A DNA stretch of 64,000 nucleotides from Bugula neritina (lineage: Eukaryota > Animalia > Bryozoa), in the NCBI GenBank assembly GCA_964035545.1, contig OZ037766.1, positions 8,980,722-9,044,721 on the forward strand. Direction: 5' to 3'. How positions within the stretch are numbered: position 1 is the stretch's first letter; each line of letters opens with the position of its first letter. Positions 44,001 to 59,248 of the stretch are shown in pieces. The notes under the pieces were generated by a model. The model was not told where the DNA came from. It was given only the letters and a program-made list of their open reading frames with translations, and searched no databases. The position numbers were made by a program, and so were the translations under genes.

Positions 44001-47000
44001 GAAGTTAAAAAGTCGAACCTGCAATAGAGTCAGTACTGTGTAGTCACAGGACATTACAAGATAATCTCATTGTGTTACCGAGTGTAACTAACAGTCACCC
44101 GACTGGTAGTAACTCACCTTCTTATCTGAAGAAGAGACCGCAAACTTCTTGCCATTCGGAGAGAAAGACACGTCATATATCTTATCCTTACTCTGAAACA
44201 TATATGTTATATCGGTACACAGTAACAATATATACTAGTAGTGTGGATCTAGAAACTGTTGATACAATATATAGCCTTAGCACTTAGGCCTGCAGACGCT
44301 AGTTAATGACATGATGTCACACAAAGTCACAATAATTAAGTAACATTACAAAAATCATAGCCATAAAAGTATGGTGAGTATTATAAAGTGTTGTGCAAAC
44401 AAACACCAAATAAAGACATTCAACCGGTGCTAGGTACCTTGTCATAACTAAAGATGATGCACATCTGCTTAAAAACCAAACTGCTTTGTAACAAAATTTA
44501 CCGCTGTGCTCAGGTATCACAGAGTATTACAGGTAATCAGCATAATTATTGTGAAGCACACTATTTTAAAGTTGCTAAAGCTAAGCCAAGCAAATAAAAT
44601 GCAGAAAAGCATAAAAATACAAAAGTTTGTTGTATGACATTGTAGGTCAGATTGCACAGGTAGTGTACAACTAATTGATGTAAATACTAATACAGTTGAA
44701 TGAGCTGAAAAAAGTTGTGAGCACTTCATTCTATGGACAAGTTAAAGATAAATATCTTACCATGACAAAAGTGAACAAGTCAGTTTCCATAGCTGACTCA
44801 TATCTAACACATTTGGGCATTTTATAATCTTGCTTCGGCCCACCCCAATATTGTATCTGCCCGCTACTGTCAACAGATATTGCCACATCGTAAACTGAGT
44901 TATACTACAAAATCAAAAGCATATATTGCCAGTAATAAAACAGTATCTCATTCATTCAATCATGTTTACTAAGCAAATCAAAGCTGATATTCTCTACATA
45001 ATTGCGCCCAGCATGCTTATATACACAAACTATTGTATGGAGAAAAGGCTATGGACTTACTCGAATTAAAGTTATTGGTGAGAAATGAAGCCTGTCTAAG
45101 ATGTGAATAGGCTGTGCTACACTCTGACAATCATAAACATGTATCTTTGTACCAGAATTCTCAGAGCTACAAAATTTGCACAGTAAACGAAATGATGCAA
45201 GACGTTTTAGTATATAATGTATGTGTGTCTGCTAGACTAAACATTCTGCCTTATAATACACAGCTAAAAACCTGGTAGGAAATACAACTTACACAGCCAC
45301 AGCTTCTATTGCATCACCTGTACTAAATATCCAACAAACAGAGAAGGGAGAAAACTCCAGTCTTATCATATTTATCATATCTAAAATAAAATTGAAATGT
45401 GGAATTATTAGTGATTGCTTATACGAGAAAAAAAGTGTGTTAAATTGAATAAAAATTTACAATGAAACTGTTACTTTATTAATTATATATTTGTTTTAAA
45501 CACACTAATGATATGTAACAGTTACCAAAATTGGTGACGTCAAATATTTTCAAAGTTTTATCTGTGGAAATGCTGCAACAAAGTTCCCCTCCAGGACTGG
45601 CTGACAAATCAACTATTGGCTCTACAATAAATGATAAGCAATATGGAAACTAGATAATTGTATGAAGTTACCAATTTATTGAAAGTTTTATTAATAGCTG
45701 TATGTAAATAAAGATGTTTGTCGATAGAATAAACAAATATTAATGAATGAAAGTCTAAACAGGTTATCAGACACCAACCTAAATGAGTTCGGAAATGCTT
45801 GACAAACACCAGACCCTCCTCACTAGTCTTTTTCCAGAATTTTATGTGACCATCAGCACTTGCAGTAATCAAAAAGTTCGACCTAAAAATATGAATTTTT
45901 ATAGAAAAAGTTGAAGTCCTACAGGTATAACTTTCATATTACTGTACAAATATTAATAAAAAAAGTAGATAAAATTACCCTCACTAAAAGAGTTAGTGAG
46001 GAAATAAACTTACTTTGTCCCAACACAATGTGTAATGACATCACGGTGCATGTAGCTCCGTTCATATGTAGCTGATGATGGAAGATTTTCAAGATAAAGT
46101 TGCTCATGAGCCAAAACTACAACATATAAGTTCAAAGTTATAAATAGCCTATTATTATTAATAGTAATAACTAATGATATTAATTAATACTATTAATAAT
46201 AATAGTAACGGTTGGAAATCTGGTCTAGTAGACACGAGGTCAGTGGTTTGAGTTCAAGCACCAGTGGTGGTGTTAGGAAACGCATCATAATTGCTTCTGT
46301 GCCACAAATGGATAAGCCTTTAGCCTACTTTGAAAAACTTTTCCAAAAGGGGTTCGTACAGAGATAGTGACCATAAACCTGCGTGAGTGAGTACTTAGTA
46401 GGCTAAATAGTAAGTAACTTATACTTGAAAGTTATAGTCATACTATATATATACTGATGGTGATACTATATTTACTTATAACCATCATAATACGGTTACT
46501 AAAAGTAAAAGTAATTTGATAACGTTATGGCTTAATAGTTAATATTAATAGTAATTACTAATTAATATAATTATTAAATAATTAATATTTATATTAATAT
46601 GATCTAAATAAAAATAAAGCAACCTATATCTGTTACTTAGTATTACTGTTAGTGTTTCTTAAAACTAAAAGTAAAAGCATTAAATTTAATAGAAATTTTA
46701 CTTCAGTTTCAACTTTCAAGTGGCAATCACAATATCAATATCAATATGACACTGATAACAGTAAGAGTATCAGTATCACTATGACTATGAGTACGAGTCA
46801 AATACTCAATTAAACTGACAAAGTGAGAGACTCAGACTGAGAGTGTTACGCACTTTCAGTCTGAGTATCAGTGTAAGTGTGAGAGTAGGTTAAATAATAA
46901 TATTGTTTTTAAAAAATTAAATCGTCACCTTTAATCTTCTTCTTTTTGGTTTCAGCCATATCAATTGTAGGACCACAAAATTCTTCATCCTCATCATCTG

Positions 47001-47100
47001 AGGTTTTTTTCTGCTTGACTAACTCTAAGTCATTATCATCATCTGGACCCTTTGTGGGGCTATCACTACCACTAAGTTTTCTCTTTGCAGGGGCTTCCAT
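41037..47100 (-). CDS. PPWD1: Peptidylprolyl isomerase domain and WD repeat-containing protein 1
   Basis: About 16 GT-AG exons, from ATG 47100 (exon 46929-47100) to TGA 41037. [97 protein letters not shown]. Confidence 0.96.
42261..42476 (+). mobile_element. tRNA-derived SINE, copy B, with 17-bp target-site duplication
   Basis: TATTATGCCATATAAAA at 42261-42277 and 42460-42476 flanks GGAGCAGCC...GGTTCGAGCCC (B box)...GGTGATGTTAGGAAGAGCATCC...GCGTGAGT. Confidence 0.88.
46210..46392 (+). mobile_element. tRNA-derived SINE, copy C (diverged)
   Basis: GGTGGTGTTAGGAAACGCATCATAATTGCTTCTGTGCC...TTAGCC...AGGGGTTC...GTGACCATAAACCTGCGTGAGTGAGT aligns to copies A and B. Confidence 0.75.
46393..46900. 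repeat. ACT/AGT-rich island in PPWD1 intron 1
   Basis: ANT triplets at 6-bp phase (AGTAAG AGTATC AGTATC ACTATG ACTATG AGTACG) plus a 16-bp-stem hairpin at 46830-46866. Confidence 0.7.
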
Positions 47101-47517
47101 GGCTTTGATGAATATGCCTTAGCCCAATGACAATTATATATTTTTTGATATGCTATCGACTTCAGGTCAACTTTCGAACTTAATTACTCACTATTTAAAT
47201 AACCGCTATGAGTTGTCGCGAGCGCATTTATTACAATTCTTTCTTTTAATAGTCAGCGCTCTTGAGACTATCGAGTAGTAAAACGGGGAGGTTCAGATAC
47301 CACTTTACTTTCTCTGACAGAAGGCTATGACATTTATTGTTATAGTTCCGGTTTCTTAAAATAGCAGTTATAATAACAGATAACTACAACTACAAGTCTA
47401 GTGTTGATTTATTTTATTTTAAAAGCACTAAAATATTTACTGAGACGTGATTTAATTTCAAGGCGAAGGCACCCCATCGCAGTTACTTCTCAAGATACGC
47501 TCAATAAAATTTGCCAG
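47101..47517. promoter_or_regulatory. Bidirectional promoter PPWD1 (-) / UNC-45 (+), including UNC-45 non-coding exon 1
   Basis: CpG-rich. TCGCGAG near 47217, TATCGA half-sites near 47154 and 47269, ETS core TTCCGG 47346. Consensus donor CAG|GTGAGT at 47517 pairs with the acceptor at 50593. Confidence 0.7.
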
Positions 47518-47549
47518 GTGAGTTTTAGTTTAATTGTTACACTTATTTA

Positions 47550-47960
47550 TTACTAGTACTAGTAGTAGTAGTAGTACTAGTACTAGTAGTAGTAGTAGTA
47601 GACGTAGTAGTTACACTTTGACTTTGACTTACTCTTAGTCTTGGTGACTTACAGTTACTGGCACTGCTCTTACTGTTAATGTTACTGTTAGTCATTACTG
47701 ATTACTCATTGACATTAGTGTTTCACTTCCTCTACTCACTGTTCACTCTTCCTCACTTACTCTTACTCTTACTCTTAGACCTACCGTTATGTTTCCTGTT
47801 AGTGCTATGCCTATTGTTAGTCATGGTGTTTTAGTTTAGTAACTTTAGTTGCTAATTAAAATTTAGTTTTCAAAATTAAATTTAATATTTAGATAACTAC
47901 TAGTACTACTAGTGATCAACTACAAGTGTCAAATGGTCAAGTACTAGTAGTAGTAGGTAG
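47550..47960. repeat. ACT/AGT-rich island in UNC-45 intron 1
   Basis: TACTAGTACTAGTAGTAGTAG... followed by ACTTTG/ACTCTT/ACTGTT hexamer runs. Confidence 0.8.
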
Positions 47961-50614
47961 GTACAAGGTGCAAGGTGAAGCTATGCCTATTGAGTTTGAA
48001 GCCAGATTTAAACATATACTTTTTACTGCAAGTTCAAATCCCAAACTGAAATATTTCAATGCTGTTCTGTATTTAGTTTTATAGACTATAGTATTCATGT
48101 CAGGTTTAGTGTCAAGAGGTAGGAGCTAAATGCTGAGTTTGTTTAATGTATTTAATTTAGTTTTAGCGATGTTGATTAAAGTTTTATATTGTAAATATTC
48201 AGTTAACATTTGTATAACATATTCAACGTGTGTAGAGTTTATGGTTAGCATCAAAGTCACCTAATAACTTTAAACTCTACACTCTAAACTCTAAAGCATG
48301 TGCAATGGTAATAATTAAAGTATTATCGTAATGGATGTGTTCAACTATGGAGACTTAGACTTGCTAGTTAATATGTGGGAGTTTTAACAAAAGCCCAGAG
48401 TATAGAGTGGAGTTTTGTTTTTTTGGAAATTGAAAAATAAAAGGTTGAATTGCCCATTTCTATTAATTTAACCTGTATTTTTAAACATTACTTAAAATCT
48501 TTGAAAGTACACAAAAATGCAAGAAAATACTATTGTATGCCATGATTTGTCTTCTTGTGTTTTAGAAACAAGTCAATGAAATTCTATATACCTACTTTGT
48601 AATAAAGTTGTGCACTGTACACATTGGTATTACAAAATAGTTGTAACAAGACATAATACAAAAACAAAAAAATGAGCATTATTTATTTTGAGGGTTCTAG
48701 TATAGCATGATGCTTTTCTAAGCATCACCTTTGGCCTTTATAGGGTTTGATCTATTAGACTAGCACATTATCAGTCATGCTAAACTGGCACCTTTAACCA
48801 CTTGACTTGACTGCTTTCTTTAATAGAATGTTGTAGAGGTTTATTTATAATAAAGTAGATGCATGAGTTGTTGCTAATGTAAGTGTTTCAGTTCAAGTGC
48901 ATAGTGTGGTCATTTCAAACTGGTATTATTGGCTGTTAAACTTATCACCGCAGATCTACTACACAGTGTATAATTGCACTATTTCATACATGGAATATTT
49001 ATATGTCTCTTTAGCCTATTACATAGTGCTTGCATGTTTTCAGTATTTTATGCCCTAATGTACAGGTCTGTATTGCTACACTTTAATTTAGTTATATGTA
49101 GTATATTTTTACTTAAGCAAAGAATAAAAAGTGCATTCTGTCAAGTGCTGTTGTTTATAAGCAGTAGTGGAGAAATTGAAATAGCCTAAGTTCTTAAAAT
49201 TTCTTTATGAATTTTGGTTTGGGTTGCCAGTTGAATTTCTTGCGAGAACATAACTTCTTTTGCTACATTTCTAATGTAGAACACAGATTTTTGTCAATTT
49301 CTCCATTACTGCACCTAACTAGTAACTCATCGTTTGATGGTTAGTCAACTTTGTTTATTCTTGCTGTGATTTACTGTGTACCAAAGGATTAATTGGACTC
49401 GAATTACATTCAATTGTAACACAGTGCTTTTATTTAACTATGATGTTAAGATACCATGTGATGACCTGGTATGGTCCTAGACTGCTCAGTTACAACATTT
49501 ACTGCCACTAGCAGTTCTATTAATATCATGTTTCTTAATTCATCTTCTTGTCCACATCAGCTTTTCTTCTTTTTTCTCAATACATTCCTTTATTTTTAAA
49601 ATAATTAAAAGCTCTGTTCATTGCTCTAGTTGTCATTAACTGATTAAAAATCTAATTTTTTAAGTTTATCCATGTGTCTAAAATATTCTTGCTGGATGTG
49701 TTAATAGATGCAGTTGATTAGCTAAGCAAGATGCTTTGTTCTAGAATCTACAGTATCTAGGTCTTTGTTCTAGCATGTTCTAGTAAATATGTTGCATGTT
49801 TTCTTCCCTTATATTAGTAATGCGATGCCCATCTAGTAGTTAGTAAGCTGCTTGTTGTATAGCTGTTCACACATACAGTAGCATAATTATCTCACACACT
49901 GTGTGTTGTATATTTGTAGGTCACTTTCTCAGTAGCTGGAAATTTACTAGTTTATGCAAAGAAGGATATAGAATGGTGCAGATTTCAGAGGTAAGGCTGT
50001 AGCAGATTTTTAACAATTCTGTCAAATTTGTATAAAATGTGTTTTCTTTAAAAATATTTGTGTCTTGAAAATGTATTTTTGAATATTGAATAAATTTATA
50101 ATTTAGCCTTTTATGCATTTAGTTTAATATAAATCCAGATTCTCCTACTAGTATATCATCATCTGTATGTACTTGTCATTGTTGGCTAATGTATGTAATA
50201 TAATTTGCAACAATATTCATTTGATAATTTACATTGCTTTTTATTTGATGCAAGTTATATAGTTATCAGCTAATATAATTTCTATGTATATGTACATCTA
50301 ACTCACAAACTTTTTTGATATTGATGCATGAAAAAGTTTCAGCTGTTAACTAGTTATTATTGCCACAAATCAACTTGGATAAATTTCGATTTGCTCATTT
50401 AGATTATAACTAAATAATTATCTAGTTAATTAAATATGATTTAAACTATTTTTGAGGCAAAGTTGACTACTTATCACTATAATTCTATTTTGCTATAAAG
50501 CCATGTCCCAATATGTTTGTACTCTTTTCTACTCCTAGACAAGTCACGAATCTCCAAGTATTGATATGTATTAGAGTTATCTTTTCTTTCTAGGTTGTTG
50601 ATGCTGGTGACATA

Positions 50615-53600
50615 ATGGACCACACACAGTACAAGGCTCAGGGTAATGAGTATTTCAAGTCAGGTAACTTTGAGGAGGCAATAGTGTGCTACACTAAAGC
50701 CCTCGATATATCAGCCAAACAAGGCTCTGCAGATACCAGCTTTAAAGGTGTTGTCCACAGCAACAAAGCAGCGTGTTACTTGAAGACTGGCAAACCTCAG
50801 CTGGCACTCCAAGAAGCCACCAAATGTGAGCTAATATATGATACTTTTGATTTAAATGTTCTTTTTACTATTTAGACTACTACTTGTTAAGGTCGTAAAT
50901 AGAAAAAAATTGATATAGAGTTTACTTCTTCTGTTTATAAAACAGTCCAATATTTTAATAATAAGTTTAGAATTAATTTTATCTGGGCAATGTTTACTAG
51001 ATTGTATTCATTGTAGCGTTGGAATATAACGCAAACGATATAAAAGCTCTATTCAGAAAATGTCAAGCCTTAGAACAACTAGAAAAATATGGGGACGCAT
51101 ACAAAGATGCCTTACAGCTAATTAAACTTGACCCTAAAAACAAAGCTATTATTCCAATCATACAGAGGTTGTCAGTTATCAACCAGGAAAAGGTAAATCA
51201 CTTTGTCTTAACCTGATGAAGCCAACTGAACTAAAATGCATCCAGCTAAATGTTATGATTTGGTTTTTTAGTTGGTAAAATAGATGATAATTTGTCTGCC
51301 CTAATGTTAACAACACAGTTAAAATTTGTCTGCACTAGAACAATTCCATGAAAACAATGGTTATTTTTACTCAATACTTTTTTTAGACAACTGATCACAA
51401 TATAAGCAAAGTATGTTTAGCAATGTCTTGATATCTCAAACCAGGGTGTGCTGGCTGATTCATTCAGAATAAAGTTGTCGACAGTTTAGACTCTCTATGG
51501 AACCTTTTTCCACATATATTGTATATAAAAGTTTTTGCAGAGACAATTTTTGTGTGCCAAAAGCAATGGCTGTTAATGCGCCTATTATTAGATTTGGCTG
51601 CCGTTTAGTAGTTAACCTTATTTTAGCACCAAAAAGTGAACAGCACTGAGAGTAAAGTGACGAGCATGTTTGAGTTGGTGTTTGCAGAAGATTCTCAATC
51701 AGACAGTACAACTCGGGAGCAGGTATATAGTGTATATTACAATAACACTCTGTGCTGTAAATTGCTCTTTTCTTAACTATTTATATTCAAATTATACATT
51801 TCTCCAAATGTTTACATACAGGCGCTGACAAACTTACTGGTGCTGTCAAGAGAAGATGCTGGAGCCGAGAAAATATGTGCAGCGGATGGAATCAGCAAAT
51901 TGAATTCTATACTGAGTCTTCCAGCCAATCAGGAGAGCCCTCTGAGACTTACTGCGATTAGGATACTGGCTTGTTTGACCAAACACAACAGAATAAGAGT
52001 ATGTACAGTGGATACCTACTCTGTATTATAAGTATTATAGGCATATGAGAATATTGTTGCGGTAAACTTCATATCCAGTTTACACACTGTACACAGTGCT
52101 ATGTTCCTGGTTGTAAACTGTGTAGTGTGTGATGAATACTGCACAATATCATTACACATTACACATCTGCACTAAACAGTTGGGCGGAGGAATATTAAAT
52201 ATTCTGCTGTTCCTATGTCTAGATTGTTGTCTATTTTTAGTTAATTTATATCAAAGTCTTCTTAATTATAACTAAGTTATTGTAAATTGCTTTTAGGCAA
52301 CGGAAGTCATCAATGCCATTGGACTAAGTCGCTTAGTAGCACAGTTTCGCTTTGCTGACAGAGAGTTATGCAACGCTGTGAGTGGTCTGTTTCAATCTAT
52401 AGTCAACGGCATCACCAATCTGCAGCAGTTCAAGGACGACAAGGCTAAACACGAAACACAGAAAGAGAGATCTGGGGCTCCCAGTAGATCCAGGTTTCAA
52501 CCTCTAAAACTGGGTAAGCTGACAGTCTATGACCTGCCCTAATATGCTTGAATATTATTATAATATAATAATAATCAAGCATATTTGGAATATTATACTG
52601 GTCACCCGTACAGGACTACGACCGTATAGGTGTGATAGGTGTGAATTTGGAATATTATAAAGATGTTGCTACTGCTGAAATAGATCTTTATATAAAATAT
52701 CTGGAAAATGTTCTTCAAAAAATATTTTTGTAGCATTGTTTGCACTTTAGATGATGAGCAGTCAGCCTTTGTTGATGAGATATTTGGCCTCCTGGTGAAA
52801 TCTATTAATAGTAACAAAGTTTCTGCAAACGGCAGAGATAACATCCTTGAACTCATTATACGAAACGTTACGTCATCAGATGGTCTCAACTGGACTAGAA
52901 AGTTCTTAGAGACTGACGGTAAGTTGCGTCTCTGTTTCCCACAGACTGGTGATTCAGTATCTACTGTTTAGTTATGTATTGATATGAAACTAATTATTTT
53001 ATGTTGAATACTATTTTAATATTTACTATGGAATGAAATTAATGGACATTTAGGCGCCGCTAGACTGATGGAAGTTGCCGGAATGGTGCCAGAGCGAGCT
53101 GCTATACAAGTGAATACCAACACACGCATGCACTGCTCAGTGCTCATGTCTAAAATATGGGATGACACAATGACAGATCAGCAGAGAGACAAAATCAGGA
53201 CCTTAACAGATGAATATTTTGTGTATGGTTTATATTTTTTATCAAGCTGATAAATACCTATTAATTAAGGTTACTATAAGCATTTTTCCTTTTTCTATTA
53301 ATTTAGTTTACTTAGTTAGTGTTCCAATTTGATATGATATTATGGCCTTAAGGTTTTATTATTACCTAATTGTGTAGTTGAAGTTATCTATTCCAGGGTG
53401 AATGTATAAATTTGTAATAATTCATTTCTTTCCTAGAGAGCAATTTTCAGACAAGTCATTTGAAAGCAAGTTGGATGCAGTAGTTGCCCTCTCTTCACTT
53501 CTTCAAGGTCCCACAGAACTTGGCAACTCTATACTCGGTAAAGCTGGGGTGATGGACATGTTGTTGGCACTAGCGGAATCTAAAGATGTGACACACCAGG

Positions 53601-56600
53601 TTCGTGTTACGGTATTTTAGATTAACATTAAAACGTGGACAAGTCATGTTTTTGTTTGCAGTATCATTCCAGTTTTGTGTTTTGTCTATTGCTGGTCAAG
53701 AAATATTGTTAACAGTAAGTCACCGTCTGTATTTCAACAATTTCTTATGTACTGCTGTACACGCAGTCATGCACTTATGTTTGCTGTTGTTTTATTTTTC
53801 TATTCGAAGCATAGTTTGGGTATAATGTATTTATTTATGTATGAATTTGCAGATTATATTAATAAAATTTGACACTAAATATGCAAGGCAGTTTAAATGT
53901 TAATATTAGTATTTTGCCAACATTCCTATAGTATTTTATAGCAGTATTGTTAATCCAATCATATTCACCTGAATATGTTTGATTACTTGGAGTATAAATT
54001 ATCTACAGCTACAATTTATAGGCTTAAGGTTGTGTTATGAAATAGAATTGGCTATTTCTCTTGTAATACATTTAAGCAAACCATCATACTGCCTTGTGTC
54101 CACTTAGAGATAGTAGATACGCAGTTATCTCAGTGTCAATATATTTTTGTGCAGCTAATAGCGGTTGAAGCTCTAGTACATGCCACTTCAAAGAAGGACA
54201 AATGTGTATCTATCGTCAACACCGCTATTCCTATACTAAAGCAAATGTACAAGGATTCACCTAACGACCATATCAAAGCCAGAGCTCTTGTGGTGAGATT
54301 CTTTAAAAGTAATTTACGTAATTTTACAAATATTTTATGTTTTTTGGAAGTAAGTTATGCAGTTTATATGCAAATTAATAAACTAATGCAATATTGCTTG
54401 AGTAGGAGATAACATTTACACTATGTAAAATGCTATATAAGCCATGCATCCCGAAACTTTTTAAATATTTATGATAATTTTTTAACATATGCATTTGATT
54501 TGTTTTATTTATGCATCATATAAGTCTACTTTGAAGTATTTCTATTTCCTTGGCACTTTATTTTTAAAATGGAATCTTATTGTTAGTCTAATAAGTCACT
54601 GTTTTACTCTGTATGCAGGGAATGTGCAAGATATCGTCATCATCAGGCACTGATGCCGCTGACAAGACTATATCAGACGAATCTCAGCTGGCATTATCAC
54701 GATCTTGTCGAAGGTGAATTATCAAAACTTATATTTAACAGTATACGATGCAGAAACCAACTGAAATTTTTTTTTAAAATAGCAAAATGCAAATAAATTA
54801 TCATCTCGAAGTTATGTAATAGATGTATTAGATCAAAATTTATGCTTGGTATTTTACTGCAAGAATTATTAAGGAATTCAATCTACTTGCTGAAGTTGCT
54901 TTTTTAGGTTTCTGGCAAACAGCTCTAAGGACCTTGATTTAAGGAAATGGGCCGTGGAAGGTTTAGCCTATCTTACTCTGGATGCTGAAATTAAAGAAGA
55001 ACTAGTTACTGACTTGGACTCTATCAAGGCCCTCATTGAAATTGCCAAGGTACCAGTCAAAATATTAAAAAAAAAACTCTTTGTGTACTGTATTGAAAAG
55101 ACGTTTTTCCCAAAAATTAGCTTTCAGCTCAATTGAACTATGTTTAGCAAATTAGAATATAAAAAATATTGATTCAAAGTTTTACATACATTCGCAATAA
55201 TTATTTGTAATGAAGTACATGTGCACTTGTAATAACTTAAGCCTTCAATCTATTCATTGTGCCGTTAGGTTGGGGACCAAACAGTTATTTATCCAGCCGC
55301 TAGTGTATTTGTTAATCTCATGAACGCTTATGATAAACCAGAAATAATGCCAGAAATGAAGCAACTCGCTGAGTACGCCAAACAGAAAGTTCCAGAGGAG
55401 CATCCTAAGGTGAGATTTATTGTCTATTCAATAGCAGTTAGTATTACAACAGTTTTGGTGTATTTTTAAAAAAGGCGTAGCTGTTTAGCATGCTTGGCAT
55501 TTATGTTATCTTGGATGATGCTACATTTGAATATTTGAGTGTGGTGAAAAAAACAACTATAATTAGTTTTGCATTATCATTGTTTTTGGGAGATAATGTG
55601 AGTTCCTAAGATATTTTAAAAAACAGTTACATTAAAAAAATTCAAAAAATTTTTTAATGAAGCACGAGAGTATAATGCATGCTACACCATTAAAACACAT
55701 TAAAACTTGCTCTGCTCTGATTGAGACCACAATTAACATGACCCTGACTCTCCAAGTGATCATCAGGTGATTTAGTGGTCCTATATTTAACCAATAATAT
55801 GCCAACTGTTTAGATTATTATCAACTATAGAAGCTAAGCATTTTGCAGGCTGTATAGTGATATTGTTATTATAACTAAATGGTAAATAACTACGCACCGG
55901 AGTTTTAAAAAAATACGTCAGTTTTACTTACTGTAGTTTACATTTGTGTTTTAGGACAAAGAAGAATATTTGAAAAAGCGTATAGAGCTGCTTGTGGGTT
56001 ATGATGTTGGCAGTGCGGCTGTTTCATTGGCTAGTCTTGTAACCGACAGTCCTAAGTGCAAAGAGCTTCTATCCAGAATATTCCTGGCTATTGCCACAGA
56101 AGAGAAATACAGAGGAAAACTTGTGCAGCAGGGTGGAGGAAAGGTGAGCACTGAATTTCATTTTATATTTTGTCTTTATTATCCACAAGTGAATAAATTA
56201 CATTATACCAATGAAAGCAAAGATTTAGTGTATTCATGGAGATGGAACTGACAAATTATAGAATATTAAATAATGAACCTGCATGATTGGGAACCAAATG
56301 TTCACCTAAATTTCTTGGCCAAATTGGCGTAGCAAGTCTAGATAAATAAGTTAGTACAATACAGCCAGTGCAAAGCTCATGTCTGAATAAGTTGGAAACT
56401 CAAACCATGTCATAAAACAATACTTCTGCTCAATGACCTTTAATCAAATATTTGTTTAGAAGTTAATAATATAGAGTCATTATGATAATTTAAAACTCAT
56501 TTTCCATTGGTATATAAATAAAATATAAACTAAAACCGGCATACCCATAGGGAAGACGTGGTAACAATAAAATATATAAGTAGCTAGCCATAAAATACTT

Positions 56601-59248
56601 ATATAATAATTTTGTCATAAAAATGTTAGGCTGTTATTTTATCATGTATTCATACTAGTTGAGTAGATGACTTGTTGATAGGTTATTAAGAAGTCTGGAG
56701 CTCTTTAATGAAACATTATTTTATTTTTCTTAAATACGGTTAGCGTTCATCAGTATTTAAATTAGTTCAATTTACTAGGTATACAACTTCTTAATCAATG
56801 CACAGTGTACTGCTGGTAGACTGTTGCACCTTTAATTACGGTTACTTGTATGTTAGTTTGTGACCTCTTTAATCTTACATAATCTCACTTTTATCTTAAG
56901 TAATTGTGGATTCTGTAAATTGTGGGTAACATTCTAACATTAAGTATAAAATATTTTAATGCAGGTAATAATTCCACTGGCCCTTGAAAACACAGATGTG
57001 GGTAAGCAGCTAGCGTCACAAGCACTAGCTAAGCTATCTATCACTATAAACCCAGAAGTAGCATTTCCAGGACAGCGCATCATAGAAGTTATCCGTCCTC
57101 TTTTAAAGCTGCTTCACCCAGAACGAACTGCTCTACAAAACTTTGAGGCTCTCCTAGCGTTAACCAATATAACTTCAGTCAGTGAATCAGCCAGGTTTGT
57201 TAGATTTTACTTTTATTTCAGTATATTTCTATCTTTGATTGAAAACCACTTGAATTAAAAGGATATTTCTGTTTTATAACATAAGGTTTTACTAGAAGTA
57301 TGTCTATTGATTTTACTGACATTTCAGCACAATCTTATGACATCTTTGAATTCATATGTATTTGTAATTATTTGTTTAGGAGAGTTGTGCATTGTGACTG
57401 TAAACCTAATTTTATGCATGCCATGTTTTCTCTTTTCACTTTTCTATCTTGAAGCTTCCAACATCCTGTTCTAATATTTTCATCAAGCTTAGTCATCACC
57501 ACCTCATGTTCTTGCAATCATTTACCCCCTAATCTGTTTTTCTTGGCACTGCACTCAAGGCCGGTCTATCTCAATTTGTTATCGAAAGTATTCAATGAAA
57601 ACATACATAATATATGTATTTTATTATATGCAAATATTTTGTCAAAACCAAGCAGTCATTAAAAGGTAGTAGATTATTTTTCTTGGACTGATTTTTCAAA
57701 ATTTTATGGTTTCAATAAGCTATCCTAGTGAACCAAATAGTGAATATTAGTACTGGACAAAAAATAAATTTCCATCTGTTGTCATTTCTGCTTGAAATAT
57801 TTTGCTCTAAGTTATTGAACATAAAGTTACTGTATGAGTATGGCTGAGATGTATCATATTGACATTACATTGACTGATTTCATTTGTGCATGCTTTATAA
57901 AAAAGCATGTTTTCTATGTGACCCTCATTCTCTGACCAGTTGCGGTTTGTAACTTGAGATACTAGATGTACATCAATAATGAGTCATATTTTTACAGCTT
58001 GAAGTCAATTTTCTCAAAGATAATTTTGTGTTTGAGTCATGATTTTTGTGGATATTCATCAGATTTAGGCAAACAAGTATTGAAACATTTCATACATAGA
58101 CAAACAAAGCTGATTGATACTAAACATGTCATTCGGGATTTTTTTATAACTGTTACTCTACATTAATTTCTCAATTTGAATCATTTCAGGCGAAAAATCC
58201 TTACCGAAAAAGGTGTAGCCGAGATTGAGTCGTATATGATTGACGATCATGAGATGTTAAAGCGAGCTGCTACTGAGTGTATCTGTAATCTGGTGCTCAA
58301 TGAAGAGGTACTTGCTTCTTCTGGTTTCTTCATTGCAAAGATTAGGAGTGGTTGGGTTTTTAAAAAGCTAAATGAATAGAAAATTCAAATGTGCTTGAAA
58401 TATTGAGAACATATTGCACTAGCATTTTAAACTCAAGATAAGTATGTAATATAACTAAATGTTTTATAATTCTTTTTGTTGTTCAACTCCTAATACTATA
58501 CATTTTTTTCATTAAACAACTTTATGCACATTTCATAGTTGAATGAAAATTATTGCTATGTGTGCATAGGTTGCAGAATCTCACTTTAAAGAGAATGACA
58601 AAGTTAAACTACTGACTTTGTACTGTGGGGATGAGGACCCTGCCGTACAAATAGCAGCATGTGGAGCACTGGCTATTCTCTCATCAGACTATGCTGATAA
58701 ATTAGCTGTTAAAATTATGAAGGTTTGTAGAAACTCTTCATTTCGTAATCAATCATCTTTATCCTTCTAGCTTTAGTTAAAGTAGTTTTAAGCTTTGCTA
58801 TTGGTATTTATTTAAAAATGCTCATATTATATATTTCTAAAATTTGGTGTAGTAATGATATTTATGCTAGATCTGGCTTTGCTACAAATTAAAAGTTTAT
58901 ATGTAATAATTTTTTTTAAATTTAGCATTTTCATAATATTTTTGCATCATGTTTTCAACTACCAATGTTATTTGATATTAAACTACATAGGTTGCTTCTT
59001 GGAAGGATTTGCTGTTACAAGTCTTGGTCTCTGAAAATGTTGGTGTACGACACAGAGCTACCCATTTACTAGCAAATCTAATGGAAAGCAATTGTGAACT
59101 GTCACAAGGTGTAGTTTCCTCACAACTGTTTGAGGTTCTATTAGCTCTAAGTAAAGTGGAAGGGGAGGAACACAGTGCTGTCCGCAAATGTTCACAATCA
59201 GCACTTGAAGCTGCAGCTAAACACAAACTAGTCAAACATGTAGGATAA
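50615..59248 (+). CDS. UNC45: UNC-45 myosin chaperone (TPR + central + UCS domains)
   Basis: About 17 exons (approximate): 50615-50825, 51017-51192, 51627-51722, 51822-51998, 52297-52513, 52751-52918, 53054-53222, 53437-53599, 54155-54292, 54619-54713, 54908-55049, 55269-55409, 55954-56142, 56965-57194, 58190-58307, 58570-58721, 58991-59248. [94 protein letters not shown]. Confidence 0.96.
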
